Part shown: in pieces, positions 25,955-35,706 of the stretch
How positions within the stretch are numbered: position 1 is the stretch's first letter
Layout: the number at the start of each line of letters is the position of its first letter
Assembly (NCBI GenBank): GCA_965216755.1
Contig: CBDCGL010000011.1
Span: forward strand, 1,344,001 to 1,408,000
DNA from: Alphaproteobacteria bacterium
GTDB taxonomy: Bacteria; Pseudomonadota; Alphaproteobacteria; UBA7887
Direction of reading: 5' to 3'
Length of the DNA: 64,000 nucleotides
The notes under the pieces: generated by a model
What the model was told of the DNA's origin: nothing
Databases searched by the model: none
What the model saw: the letters and a program-made list of their open reading frames with translations, nothing else
Made by a program: the position numbers and the translations under genes

Positions 25955-26749
25955 CTATCCTAGCCCCACGCGCTCGGTTTCGTCGCTTCGCTTGAACGTT
26001 TCGGAATATGCGTCCGACAGCGTTTCAAACGGTTGGTGGCGAAGCCCCCGTTCAACGATCAAGAAATACTCATAGAACTTTGGTGGCTTGTGCTTCACAA
26101 ACTTGAACTTGGCGAAATCGCCCCGTTTTTCGAAATAGTACGCGTCCAACAACTTGTGTCCGCGATGCTTTAATTGCGCAAGCAATTGATCAACGTCAGT
26201 GAAATAATTTGGATGGCCTTTCTTACGCGCGCCCAATTCGGCATCCAGCGCCAAGTCATCGTCTTCACGATAGGAACAGTTCTTGCCGGTTACGTAGAGC
26301 CGCCCGCCGGGCCGCAGCACACGAGAAAACTCCGTCAACGCTTCGGCTTGGTAGGTCGCGTCAAACACGGCCAGACACGTGACGTTGTCGAAGCTCTCAT
26401 CAGCAAAAGGAAGCTCTTCCGCCTCGGCTTCTCTAAGATCGTCGACCGCCGCATCCCCTTGCCATTGGTCACGTGCCATTCGGATCATCGCGTCCGAAAT
26501 GTCAACACCGGTGACGCGCAGGCCACAGCCTTTGAAAAGTGCGAACATGCGCCCCCAGGCACAGCCCACATCAAGCAGGCTGCCCGCCGAGAACGGCGTC
26601 GCAGCAAAGATCCGTTCGTAAATCTCGTCACCCTCGGTCTTGGCGTCGCCGGCCACAACCGAACTCTCGGTCCCCCTCTCGGTTGATTCGGCAACGCGAT
26701 CGCGCCAATAGGCAACGTAGGTATCGTTCCAATACTGTTTTCTATCCAT
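25955..26749 (-). CDS. Class I SAM-dependent methyltransferase
   Basis: LLDVGCAWGR, GVDISDAM, AEELPFADESFD, RVLRPGG. Confidence 0.9.
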   Translation of the reverse strand: MDRKQYWNDTYVAYWRDRVAESTERGTESSVVAGDAKTEGDEIYERIFAATPFSAGSLLDVGCAWGRMFALFKGCGLRVTGVDISDAMIRMARDQWQGDAAVDDLREAEAEELPFADESFDNVTCLAVFDATYQAEALTEFSRVLRPGGRLYVTGKNCSYREDDDLALDAELGARKKGHPNYFTDVDQLLAQLKHRGHKLLDAYYFEKRGDFAKFKFVKHKPPKFYEYFLIVERGLRHQPFETLSDAYSETFKRSDETERVGLG

Positions 26750-27469
26750 CGACACCTGCGACTTGTCTGCGACAGCGGCACGCGGGGAATGCGAGAGCGC
26801 TTTGACGCACATGGCGGCCGCGGCTGGACAAGAGCAAATTTATCGTTTGGACGCGCCAGGTCAACGGCGGCAGCACGGCGACGCGATGTGCAACACTGAG
26901 TGCCACAACGACTCCCGCCAGCAATCCGGCTATATGCGCCCCCATATGCGGCGGCCACGCCAAGTTGCCCGAGACGATCGGCCCGAACGATATTTCCCAA
27001 ACGATCTTGGCAACCCCGATACCGAACATCGCCAGCCACAAACTGGCCCTCGTGCGACGCCACGATCGTAGAGTCAGCGCGGCATAGAGAGCGTTCAAGA
27101 TTGCCGAAAGACCACAAAAATACGAAACGTTGGGTGTCCCGACAAAAATGGTTGCCGAGATCATCGTGCCGGACAATCCGAGTATGCCAAACGCCAGTCT
27201 ACGGGAAGTACCGCCCTCGGCGGTTTCATAGGCCAGACCCAGCATCAGCCATGCGCCGACGTTGTAGGCCATGTGTTGTGCGTCCAATTGACCAAGTGCC
27301 CGGTCATGAGCCGCCAGATTTGGCCATCCAGAATGCGAGCGCGATCGTAGACCAACAAGTCCGGCGTGGCACCAAACACCACGTGCAAACAGATGCAAAC
27401 CGTCGCAACACCAAGAGTGACCCACGGCACGAAGATCGTGCCGCGGGTCGCTAGAAGGTTGTTATTCAC
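26742..27469 (-). pseudogene. rrtA: Rhombosortase (rhomboid protease), frameshifted near 27288
   Basis: N-terminal half (LVYDRARILDGQIWRLMTGHLV, GTG start overlapping the VIT stop) and C-terminal half (QHMAYN..YFCGLS..KIVWE..AHIAG) are in different frames. Adjacent to a GlyGly-CTERM protein. Confidence 0.75.
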
Positions 27470-29559
27470 GGTGTCGCCCGTGATCGCCGCATCCAGAAGA
27501 CAGCGAATCCGGTAAAAAGACACCAAACGAGCCCCGGCCAACCAAGCGCACCGGACCCCGTCGCACCGCCGCCATAGGTTGGACGCGGCTGCGTAAATAG
27601 CGGCTGCGCCGCGTCAACCCGCACCGGTGCAGCAGATTGGCCTTGGCGCAAAGCTTGTGCCGCGCTTTCTATGGCGAGACGGTCGCGATTGTTTCGCTTC
27701 AGTGCCAACTCTTGGAACCGCTCGTCGCGCACCACGAGCATCGCAGTATAGGGAGAGAGTATGCCGTACTCTTTTGAAGTATCCACAATCGAAGTCTTGA
27801 TGTCGGCATCGTCACCCATCAATGCCATTTCATGAAGACCGCGTTCGATTTCCGCAAATCCCCACAAACGCTCGATCTCAGGATTGCGATTGGCGACGTC
27901 TGGAAATGCGAACTTCGTGCTGTACGACACGTCTTTGCCGGAAATCTGCCCCGACAGGCTCAAAGCAGCATCGCCCTGCCCCCAATAATGCCCAAACAGA
28001 ACCAACTGCTCGCCGCGATAGAGCGTCCGTATCGCGTCGCGCCGAATGTCGTCGATGCGCAAATTCGCCTCGGTACCGACAATGTCGAGCGAGAGACCGT
28101 GCAAAGCTTCGTAATTTACTTTTGTGGCGGCCTGCAGCAATACGCCCGGAATGTCGTCCGCATTCGACACGATCATCGCAAATCCGTTGGACGCGAGCGT
28201 CAGCGGCTCCAACAGTGGCACGTTTGCGCTGTTACCCATGATGGCAGTGAACAAACGGACGTCATTTCTTTGCATAAGGTCGAAAAAATCGCGTGTTTGT
28301 GTTTTGCCAATGTTTGCGACCCCGTCGGTGACCAAGACGATCGATCCAGTACGGTCGGCATCCAGAGCTGCTAAACCTCTCTCTAGACCAGCGAATAGGT
28401 TTGTCCCGCCGTCCGCCGAGACGTTGCGCAGCTCATCGATTGTTGCGGATACATTGTCCGACGTCGCGGGTGTGTAACCGTTTGTGACCTCGTAGGCGTC
28501 CTCGCTGAAGCAGATGATTCGGAAACGATCGCCCCCGGGCAACTTGCGCAACGCGCGCGCAACACCCTCGGCGAGAGTTGCCAACTTGCCGCTCATCGAC
28601 CCAGACTGATCGAGCACAAAGACCCAATCCCGACCTTCTGAAATCGGCTGCAAATCCATGCCGGGCGTTAGTGTGAGCATGAATGTCCCGCGTGCGGCAC
28701 TATCAGGCTTATGTACAACCGTATCGACGCGCGCCGGCTCGTCCGCCATTTGACGCCAATAAACAACGATATCGGTATCCAACCGTACCGGCCGTTGTCG
28801 CACTGATTTAGCCTCGCTGGCTTCCGGATCTATCGCATTTGCTGCATCCGGCACGGCGGCATTGTCAATGTGAACACGCCAGGTACCATCTTGGGATTGA
28901 GAGATCGTGGCGGTCGGATGCGCTGGCAGCCGAAGTGCCTCCACCACATAGTCCGTCTTCAAATGCAGGTCGAAAGAGAACGTCTCCGAAACCTCCTCGT
29001 TAGCGACCCAGAACGCCAGTTTCTCCTCATCGACACCTCCTTCTTCGAGGGGATAGGCAAACCGGCCAATTCCCGTTTCCAAGCTGACCGGTTGGATATA
29101 GGCAAGGCGAACGCGAACGTGATCTTGGGCATGTACCGGCCACACGCTTATGTCGAACGTTCGATAACTATCTTGTTCCGCAAGTCCGGTTTCACGACCT
29201 GCCGCCTTCTCGTCGTCATAGATCTGACGAGCCGTCTCCTTTTCCAACACTTCGGCTGTCACCGGCGCGCCATCAATCCAATACGTGAATTCGGAAACCG
29301 CCCCTTTTTTCGGAACTGGGAACGAGTAAATTGCCTCAAGATCCCGGGTGTGGGGATTGGCAAAAGTCTGTTCGACCGTAGTGATGGCATAGCCGTCTTC
29401 GACGACCACCCGGACAGCGTGATCTCGTATTTGAAGAACCTTTCCGCCATCTGTGGGCGACAACAATCCGGCCGCAGCGGCTGGCCAGGCTGCCAGTCCG
29501 AGGCTCGCGAAGCTCACGCATGCGCCTGTTACGATTGATTTGATGGTCATTTCATTCAT
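27466..29559 (-). CDS. VIT + vWA domain protein (inter-alpha-trypsin inhibitor-like) with GlyGly-CTERM-like sorting signal
   Basis: Signal peptide, VIT (EQTFANP..LEAIYSFP), vWA MIDAS DQSGSMSG, TDGVAN; C-terminus GGGATGSGALG-hydrophobic-RRSR. Confidence 0.9.
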   Translation of the reverse strand: MNEMTIKSIVTGACVSFASLGLAAWPAAAAGLLSPTDGGKVLQIRDHAVRVVVEDGYAITTVEQTFANPHTRDLEAIYSFPVPKKGAVSEFTYWIDGAPVTAEVLEKETARQIYDDEKAAGRETGLAEQDSYRTFDISVWPVHAQDHVRVRLAYIQPVSLETGIGRFAYPLEEGGVDEEKLAFWVANEEVSETFSFDLHLKTDYVVEALRLPAHPTATISQSQDGTWRVHIDNAAVPDAANAIDPEASEAKSVRQRPVRLDTDIVVYWRQMADEPARVDTVVHKPDSAARGTFMLTLTPGMDLQPISEGRDWVFVLDQSGSMSGKLATLAEGVARALRKLPGGDRFRIICFSEDAYEVTNGYTPATSDNVSATIDELRNVSADGGTNLFAGLERGLAALDADRTGSIVLVTDGVANIGKTQTRDFFDLMQRNDVRLFTAIMGNSANVPLLEPLTLASNGFAMIVSNADDIPGVLLQAATKVNYEALHGLSLDIVGTEANLRIDDIRRDAIRTLYRGEQLVLFGHYWGQGDAALSLSGQISGKDVSYSTKFAFPDVANRNPEIERLWGFAEIERGLHEMALMGDDADIKTSIVDTSKEYGILSPYTAMLVVRDERFQELALKRNNRDRLAIESAAQALRQGQSAAPVRVDAAQPLFTQPRPTYGGGATGSGALGWPGLVWCLFTGFAVFWMRRSRATP

Positions 29560-29574
29560 CTTTTTTTGTCCTAC

Positions 29575-29629
29575 TGAACATCGTTCATGAACGATGTTCA
29601 TACACTATCCGAAAAATGAACGATGTTCA
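29575..29629. promoter_or_regulatory. Three TGAAC-N3-GTTCA operators (probable TetR sites) in the divergent promoter
   Basis: Perfect 26-bp palindrome TGAACATCGTTCATGAACGATGTTCA at 29575-29600 and a third copy at 29617-29629. Confidence 0.8.
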
Positions 29630-29690
29630 ACTCGAATGGAAAAATGCGCCCATTTCAGCTATTTCTTCGGTCGGGGAGGCTGCGGACCAG

Positions 29691-30311
29691 ATGACAGGAT
29701 CCACAAATGGCCGCCGGCGGGGTGTCGGCCTCAAAACACAAATGATTGAAATCGCTTCGGAAATCATCAGCGAGGAAGGGATTTCTGCGCTCACGGCGCG
29801 ACGCCTGGCCGCCGACAGCGGGGTTGCCCTTGGCACCACCTACAACGTTTTCGCAAACCTTGGCGAGCTGATCGCCGAAGTGAACGCCCGCACATTGGCG
29901 GATTTGGTGGCCGTCCTATCGGGCGTTGCCGTCGACGACCGCTCTACCAAGGACGTGTTGTTAAATTTTGCGCTCGCATATTCGGATTATGTTGCTGGAA
30001 ACCGAAACAGGTGGTTGGCTCTGTTCGAGGTTGAATTAGCCGCACCCGGCCAATCAACGCCAAACCAAGCCCTCGTTGATCAGTTGTTTACCCAACTCGA
30101 GGCCGTGATTCAAAGCCATGACGATCGGATCGACACGGATACCGCCCGCGGTTCGGCGCGCGGCCTATGGGCTGCCGTGCACGGCTTGCTCATGCTTTCC
30201 GACAGCGGTCGGCTCGGCGTCGTCCGACTGGCATCGGTCGAACCGACCATCGACCATTTGATCACCTGCCACCTTCTCGGATTGGAAGCTCTCGTTGAAC
30301 CCTCCGGGTAA
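29691..30311 (+). CDS. TetR/AcrR-family regulator with WHG C-terminal domain
   Basis: LTARRLA...GVALGTTYNVF HTH; LWAAVHGL; GGGGAGG RBS before 29691. Confidence 0.9.
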   Translation: MTGSTNGRRRGVGLKTQMIEIASEIISEEGISALTARRLAADSGVALGTTYNVFANLGELIAEVNARTLADLVAVLSGVAVDDRSTKDVLLNFALAYSDYVAGNRNRWLALFEVELAAPGQSTPNQALVDQLFTQLEAVIQSHDDRIDTDTARGSARGLWAAVHGLLMLSDSGRLGVVRLASVEPTIDHLITCHLLGLEALVEPSG

Positions 30312-30398
30312 AAGACACTGCTTTGGCCGGTCCTAAATCCGCAAGACGCAATCGACGATACCCACCAGGGTTGACAATTTCGCGCGATCTCCGAAAAA

Positions 30399-30411
30399 TG
30401 AACAGTGTTCA
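30399..30411. promoter_or_regulatory. Fourth TGAAC-N3-GTTCA operator upstream of the hydrolase
   Basis: TGAACAGTGTTCA preceded by the same ccgaaaaa flank as the 29617 copy. Confidence 0.75.
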
Positions 30412-30439
30412 TACTTTGGCAATGGAACGACTCATCGCA

Positions 30440-31411
30440 ATGAAAAAGGTGCTTGTTGGCGCGATGGCGGCGCTATTGACGGGCCTGATCGTTAACGGCA
30501 CGCACACACTCAGCGCGCAGCCGATCTCCGATCCGTTTCACAAGCCCATTGTCGGCAGAGGCGGTTTGGAAGTCTGGATCGATACCCGATTTCACGCCGG
30601 TCGGCGCCTACAGAAAAACACCATTACCGGACATGGTCGGATAATTGATAACAACGAACAGGTGTTATGTTGGGGCGCGTTCGACACCATTGAACGTTCG
30701 TTCCAAAATTCCATGGATACCCAAAAAGACGCGGTAAGCAGTGACCATTTGGTGGTTTTGGTGCACGGTCTTGCGGCGACGCCCAGAACATTTGAAGCGA
30801 TGAAAACCGCGCTCCTAGCTGCCGGATACAGCGCCGTCGCGGTAAGCTACCCCAGCACCCGCGGTACCTTGGAGCAGCACGCATTCCGGTTGGAGCAGCT
30901 TTTGGATCAGACCAGGGGCGCGACCACAGTGTCTTTCGTGACCCACAGCATGGGCGGTTTGGTCGTTCGTCACCTGCTTGCGCGTCAAGGCTCTTGGCGC
31001 CAACGGCTAGAATTGGGACGTATCGTTCAGATTGCACCGCCCAACCGGGGGTCAATGCTCGCCCGATGGATCATGGACGTCCCTTTGTACGATGCGACCC
31101 TGGGTCCAGCCGCCAAAGAGATCGCCGTGGCCAAGCACAAAACACCCGCCTTGCCGTTGGGGCGTTTTGCCATCGTCGCCGGAGGACAGAGGGATGGCGG
31201 TGGCTACAATCCATTCCTGCCAGGCGATGACGACGGACTTCTGCGCGTCGACGAAACAAGACTCGCTGGCGCGCGCGACTTTCTGGTTATACCGGCCTTC
31301 CACACGGAAGTCGCCGGCACGCCCGAAGCGATCAAGGCCACGCTGGCATTCCTTCAAGACGGCACCTTCGATGTACAACCAGCCGAATCCGAGCCCGCGC
31401 CCAATCGTTGA
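30440..31411 (+). CDS. Secreted alpha/beta-hydrolase (lipase/esterase-like)
   Basis: VVLVHGL oxyanion motif, THSMGG nucleophile elbow, APPNRGS, DDGL, His near C-terminus. Confidence 0.88.
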   Translation: MKKVLVGAMAALLTGLIVNGTHTLSAQPISDPFHKPIVGRGGLEVWIDTRFHAGRRLQKNTITGHGRIIDNNEQVLCWGAFDTIERSFQNSMDTQKDAVSSDHLVVLVHGLAATPRTFEAMKTALLAAGYSAVAVSYPSTRGTLEQHAFRLEQLLDQTRGATTVSFVTHSMGGLVVRHLLARQGSWRQRLELGRIVQIAPPNRGSMLARWIMDVPLYDATLGPAAKEIAVAKHKTPALPLGRFAIVAGGQRDGGGYNPFLPGDDDGLLRVDETRLAGARDFLVIPAFHTEVAGTPEAIKATLAFLQDGTFDVQPAESEPAPNR

Positions 31412-32662
31412 TCATTGACGGACAATGGTCACACCATCGGTTTTCAGATCGCGATCGCCATTGCCACCACCCGCCAGGTCATCTGCGAACAGCTTTCCAT
31501 CGCCGGCCGCCTCTTGGACAATTCTAAGACCCGCTTTGCCGCTGTTGGTCACGTCGGCTGACGTTACGTTCACAGTCACGTCTCCAACCCCGAATTCCTC
31601 CAATCGAATCCCGTCGTCGCCATTGCCGTCGACGACGATTCGCGACAAGTTGGCAACCAAATGCCCGTCTCCGTCGCTTTCATCGGGTGTCTCTTCAACA
31701 TCGGCATCCTCACTCAGCTTGATGCCCTCGTCGGTATTGCCGGACGCGACAAGATTGGCAGCAAACAGGTATGTACTGCCCGCACCCGCCTCATCCAAGT
31801 CGACGCCTTCGTCGGAATTTCCGTTGACGGTGACGTTGTTCAAAACGACAACAAGATCGCCACCGTCCGCTTCATCAACATCCAGCCCATCCTCGAGGTC
31901 TTCGGTGTTCTGCGGTTGCGTGCCGTTCTCGTCAAAATGGCTGTCGCTGGCCGTCAGATAAGCGTCGCCTGGGCCCTTTTCGTCTAGTTCTATGCCCTCC
32001 GCACGATTACCGTTCATGCGCGTCGCAACTACATTGACGACAATGCCGCCAACGCCACCTTCGTCAACCCGGATGCCATCCTTATCGTCTGCGTCGGGCG
32101 CAAGACTCTCATGGTTGTTGTTGGTCACAACGCTCTTGATGACTACTAGGCGCAGGCTCGCGGGCGAATCCGCACCCGCACCATCCCCCTCGGCTTGGTC
32201 ATCGAAATGCAGGCCGTAGTGGCCATTGCCGTCCAGCGTGGTGTTATAGAGCACCACCCCTTGCTCGCCAGTGCGATCGACCGGAACATTGACGGTAAGC
32301 GCCGTTTCCGGCGCGCCCGAAAACTTGATGTTGGCGAACCGTAGGTCGCCACCGCCATCTGCCACAAACAAGTCACGCGCACCACCACTGGTAATCGTGC
32401 TGCCGCCGCCCTCGATCGACAGAGCTTGCGCGCCCCGGAAGCAAATCGGTTCACTTAGTTTGATCGGCCTCTTGACGTGTCGAATGACGATCGTGTCGAT
32501 ATCGCTATCGGCATTGGCTTCGCCGATCGCCGCGCGCAATGTCGCAGGCCCGCTGTCGGCAGCGTTTGAAACCCATACCGTTTTTGCGATTGCCGGCGCT
32601 GCACTCATCGTGAGCCACAGGAAGACCATCACCGCAAAGCGGCCAGTAGTCGACGCAGTCAT
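31412..32662 (-). CDS. Secreted acidic right-handed beta-helix repeat protein
   Basis: Signal peptide, NAADSGPATLRAAI cap, repeated N.xx[DE]G[IVL]x[LV][DE]E.G.G units. Confidence 0.75.
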   Translation of the reverse strand: MTASTTGRFAVMVFLWLTMSAAPAIAKTVWVSNAADSGPATLRAAIGEANADSDIDTIVIRHVKRPIKLSEPICFRGAQALSIEGGGSTITSGGARDLFVADGGGDLRFANIKFSGAPETALTVNVPVDRTGEQGVVLYNTTLDGNGHYGLHFDDQAEGDGAGADSPASLRLVVIKSVVTNNNHESLAPDADDKDGIRVDEGGVGGIVVNVVATRMNGNRAEGIELDEKGPGDAYLTASDSHFDENGTQPQNTEDLEDGLDVDEADGGDLVVVLNNVTVNGNSDEGVDLDEAGAGSTYLFAANLVASGNTDEGIKLSEDADVEETPDESDGDGHLVANLSRIVVDGNGDDGIRLEEFGVGDVTVNVTSADVTNSGKAGLRIVQEAAGDGKLFADDLAGGGNGDRDLKTDGVTIVRQ

Positions 32663-32876
32663 TCTCGACCTCCAACGTGTGAAGTTGTGTTTGTCACCTC
32701 ACCGATTGGGCATCGCTAGCACGCTGCGCATTGCGGTCGCATGTGAAACTCATGACAGTTAAGCGTCACTGTCCGGCCGAGACACGGCGCTTCGTGTCAG
32801 GCCGGCAACTACCGAGAACGTACTGACTTCTGGCGTTGGGCGCGCCCAACTAGGCTCTTCCCGTAACGCGCTGCAC

Positions 32877-33473
32877 CTACTGCCACTGGCGCACGCGGCC
32901 GATGTCGACATGAATAAAGTCCGATTTCGGATAATATCCGACGCCACCCGATTCGAGGCTTATCGCAGCCGCCCGAAGATCGGGCAACTGGCTTCCGGGC
33001 AAACGAAGGTCAATGGCTTTTCCAAGCATGTGCAGGCTCTTCTTGGCGACGCCCGAGCTCTTCTCCCGCAGCGCCGCGTTGGTCTTGGGCGAGCGGTAGC
33101 CGCTGATCACTTCGTACGCCGCGTCGGACTCCATGACCGAGCGCAGCGCAAACAATAGATTCAACAACCCCAGATCGATCGGCGCGACATCACCGGATCT
33201 GTGATCGCGTAACAGAAAATCGATCTCCGCCAGCGCATCATCGCGATAGACGCCATCATCCCAATAGGTGCGTGTCAGAGACTCACCCGTATGGGTGTTG
33301 TAGAAAGCCAACCACCGTGGCGCGCCTGCTGCCCAAGCGGCCGGTGCGTGCGCCAGCAAGGCACCCGCGCCGAGCCATCCGAGGATTTGGCGACGGCCGA
33401 GCATTCCAGGCTCCGTCCCGATCACCGCTTTTTGCTGTTTTCTTGGTTTCAACAAATTCAAAGCCTCCAGCAC
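32877..33473 (-). CDS. mepK: YcbK/MepK (DUF882, peptidase M15A) murein endopeptidase, Tat-exported
   Basis: RRQILGW Tat-like motif, NTHTGE, LRDHR, SGYRSPKTN, SLHMLGKAID, FIHVDIGRVRQW. Confidence 0.9.
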   Translation of the reverse strand: MLEALNLLKPRKQQKAVIGTEPGMLGRRQILGWLGAGALLAHAPAAWAAGAPRWLAFYNTHTGESLTRTYWDDGVYRDDALAEIDFLLRDHRSGDVAPIDLGLLNLLFALRSVMESDAAYEVISGYRSPKTNAALREKSSGVAKKSLHMLGKAIDLRLPGSQLPDLRAAAISLESGGVGYYPKSDFIHVDIGRVRQWQ

Positions 33474-33523
33474 AAGAAACTATCTCGAACTCAGCCGGCG
33501 CCAAGCGCACGTCACGCCGACGC

Positions 33524-33555
33524 CCCCATCGGCCCCATCGGCCCCATCGGCCCCA
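33524..33555. repeat. Intergenic 9-bp tandem repeat (ccccatcgg x3.5)
   Basis: Read directly between the transpeptidase and mepK genes. Confidence 0.8.
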
Positions 33556-33559
33556 CGTG

Positions 33560-34777
33560 CTACGGTTTCGCCGACCAATCGTCAATATGACAGCCCTCGC
33601 CCTCGGCGATCACGTCGGCGCCGGCGCCAATCTGATCGCGCCGGTAGATGTCGTCCCGAAAGCTCACAATCCCGTCGGCGCCGGCCCACGCTGTCAGATA
33701 CGCAAAAACCACAGGTACCGGCGTCTTCAAGGGTACAGTGGTCGGCGAACCTTGGGCGGCCTTGCGTCGTACTCGCTCTGTATCCGTCGCCGTATCGCGT
33801 TTAACGAGCCAACGCGCCAGATCATCGGCACGCTCCAGGCGCACGCAACCGGAGCTAAACGCGCGGGTTATCTCATCGAACAAATCATGGTTCGGCGTGT
33901 CGTGCAGATAGACGTCATAGGGATTCGGAAACAAGAACTTAACCGCGCCGAGCGCGTTCATGGGCCCCGGTTCCTGGCGCAACTTGATCGTTGTTGGCAA
34001 GGCCTCCCAATCAACGCCACCAGGCTCGATTTCCGGGGCATTGGCCGCCCAGCTCGCGAACACGCGAATGCCCTGTCGGTGCAAATAGTCAGGATCTTGC
34101 CGAACTTTCGGCGCGATATCGCGGCGCGCGATTTTTGGCGGCACATTCCAATATGGGTTGAAGACGATGTCTTCAATGGCCGAGCGGAACGCCGGTGTCT
34201 GACGCGTCGGACGGCCGACAATGGCACGGCTGTAAACCGCCATGGAGCCGTTTTCCATGGCCGCCGCCTCGAACGCCGCCACGTGGACAAGCACAAAGCG
34301 GTCTGGCCAAGGTAATAGATTGGTTAGGCGTGTCAGGTTGAGTCGCAACAGTGCCGCGCGTCGTTCAGCTGGAACATTTAATGCGGCGCGCGTGCGCGGA
34401 CCAACGACGCCGTCGACCGCCAGCCCGTGCCGCGCCTGAAAACGTCGAATGCCCCGCACCAGTTTCGAATCGTACAAGAATTCCACGGAATTGCTCATGT
34501 GACGATAGTAGTCTCGGGTCGCGTGAAGGCGGACACGCAAGACCGCTACGCGCGTATCGGTCATGCCGGGTTCAAGCGTTGGACCGTCCGGAAACGCGGG
34601 CCATCCACCGTTCGACGCGATAAACGAATACCGGGCGATGGCGGCTTCGGTTTGCCCGATATCCGGCACGACCGAGTTAGTTGCGGTGAGTGCGCTAGCC
34701 GTGCCGTTCCAAAAAAGGCAAAAAAGGAAAGCGGCAACAACTAACGCGGCCCGCGCCGGAACACGGCGGCGTTTCAT
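33560..34777 (-). CDS. L,D-transpeptidase (YcbB/LdtD-like) with peptidoglycan-binding domain
   Basis: FQARHGL..DGVVG PG-binding, NPYWNVP, YLHDTP, SSGCVR catalytic motif. Confidence 0.92.
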   Translation of the reverse strand: MKRRRVPARAALVVAAFLFCLFWNGTASALTATNSVVPDIGQTEAAIARYSFIASNGGWPAFPDGPTLEPGMTDTRVAVLRVRLHATRDYYRHMSNSVEFLYDSKLVRGIRRFQARHGLAVDGVVGPRTRAALNVPAERRAALLRLNLTRLTNLLPWPDRFVLVHVAAFEAAAMENGSMAVYSRAIVGRPTRQTPAFRSAIEDIVFNPYWNVPPKIARRDIAPKVRQDPDYLHRQGIRVFASWAANAPEIEPGGVDWEALPTTIKLRQEPGPMNALGAVKFLFPNPYDVYLHDTPNHDLFDEITRAFSSGCVRLERADDLARWLVKRDTATDTERVRRKAAQGSPTTVPLKTPVPVVFAYLTAWAGADGIVSFRDDIYRRDQIGAGADVIAEGEGCHIDDWSAKP

Positions 34778-34793
34778 TGGTTGAACAATCAAT

Positions 34794-35621
34794 TCAAGGG
34801 CCCAGAACGACCGTGCGTTGATGGAGGGTCGGCATAAGCTCAAAATATGGCCTTATGACAGGCGATTCGGAAGCCTCGAATTTTACAAAAGGACCGTCAA
34901 ATAGCACGCGACCTTCGTGCAGCATTACGATTCGTGGTGCAAGGCGACTCAACAGGTCTTTGTCGTGGGTGACAATGACAGTCGTACGTGCAGGCTGCCC
35001 CGGCCGACTGTCGGAATGCGCGGCGTAAATAAGGTCTTGGATATGTGAGGCGCTGGTCGGATCCAGGCCGCTCGTCGGTTCATCATAAAAGATCACAACT
35101 GGATCCATTGCCAGCGCGCGAGCCACGGCCAGGCGTTTGGCCATGCCACCGGACAGACTTGCAACTGACGTTCGGAGAAAGACATCGTCGGTGGGCAGCG
35201 CGACTGAGTCGAGGACGGCGCGCGCAATGGGTCGAATTTGGTCCGTCTCAAGCCCTTGAACTTCACGCAACCACAGCGCGATATTCTCGAAAACGCTACT
35301 GGAAAATAAGGCGTTGCGTTGGAAGACGACACCCCAATGAGAATGCACGCCGTCCAACCCGCGGCCGCTCAGTTCATCCAAGTCGATCAACGGTGCGCCT
35401 GGCAAGTCGTGATCGGCGATCAAAATATGACCGGCATCGGCATCTAAGAGTCCCAGGACGACGTTGAGCAACACCGTCTTGCCGCAGCCGGAACCGCCCA
35501 CAATTGCGACAACTTCGCCACGCGCGACCTCAAGATCGACACCTCTCAAGACTTCGTTGTCGCCAAAGGCTTTGTGCAGCCCGACAACCCGGATCTCAAG
35601 ATCGGCGCGCGCGGCGGCCAT
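34794..35621 (-). CDS. ABC transporter ATP-binding protein (MlaF/Ttg2A-like)
   Basis: GGSGCGKT, FQRNALF, LSGGMAKR, YDEPTSGLDP, VTHD; GAGGAG RBS. Confidence 0.88.
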   Translation of the reverse strand: MAAARADLEIRVVGLHKAFGDNEVLRGVDLEVARGEVVAIVGGSGCGKTVLLNVVLGLLDADAGHILIADHDLPGAPLIDLDELSGRGLDGVHSHWGVVFQRNALFSSSVFENIALWLREVQGLETDQIRPIARAVLDSVALPTDDVFLRTSVASLSGGMAKRLAVARALAMDPVVIFYDEPTSGLDPTSASHIQDLIYAAHSDSRPGQPARTTVIVTHDKDLLSRLAPRIVMLHEGRVLFDGPFVKFEASESPVIRPYFELMPTLHQRTVVLGP

Positions 35622-35706
35622 AGTCTCCTCGCCAATGTTGGGTCGTACCGTCAAGAAGCGGCGCCCGCGGGTCAAAAGCCTGGTTGGCGTTCCGCAACTT
35701 GGCCAA

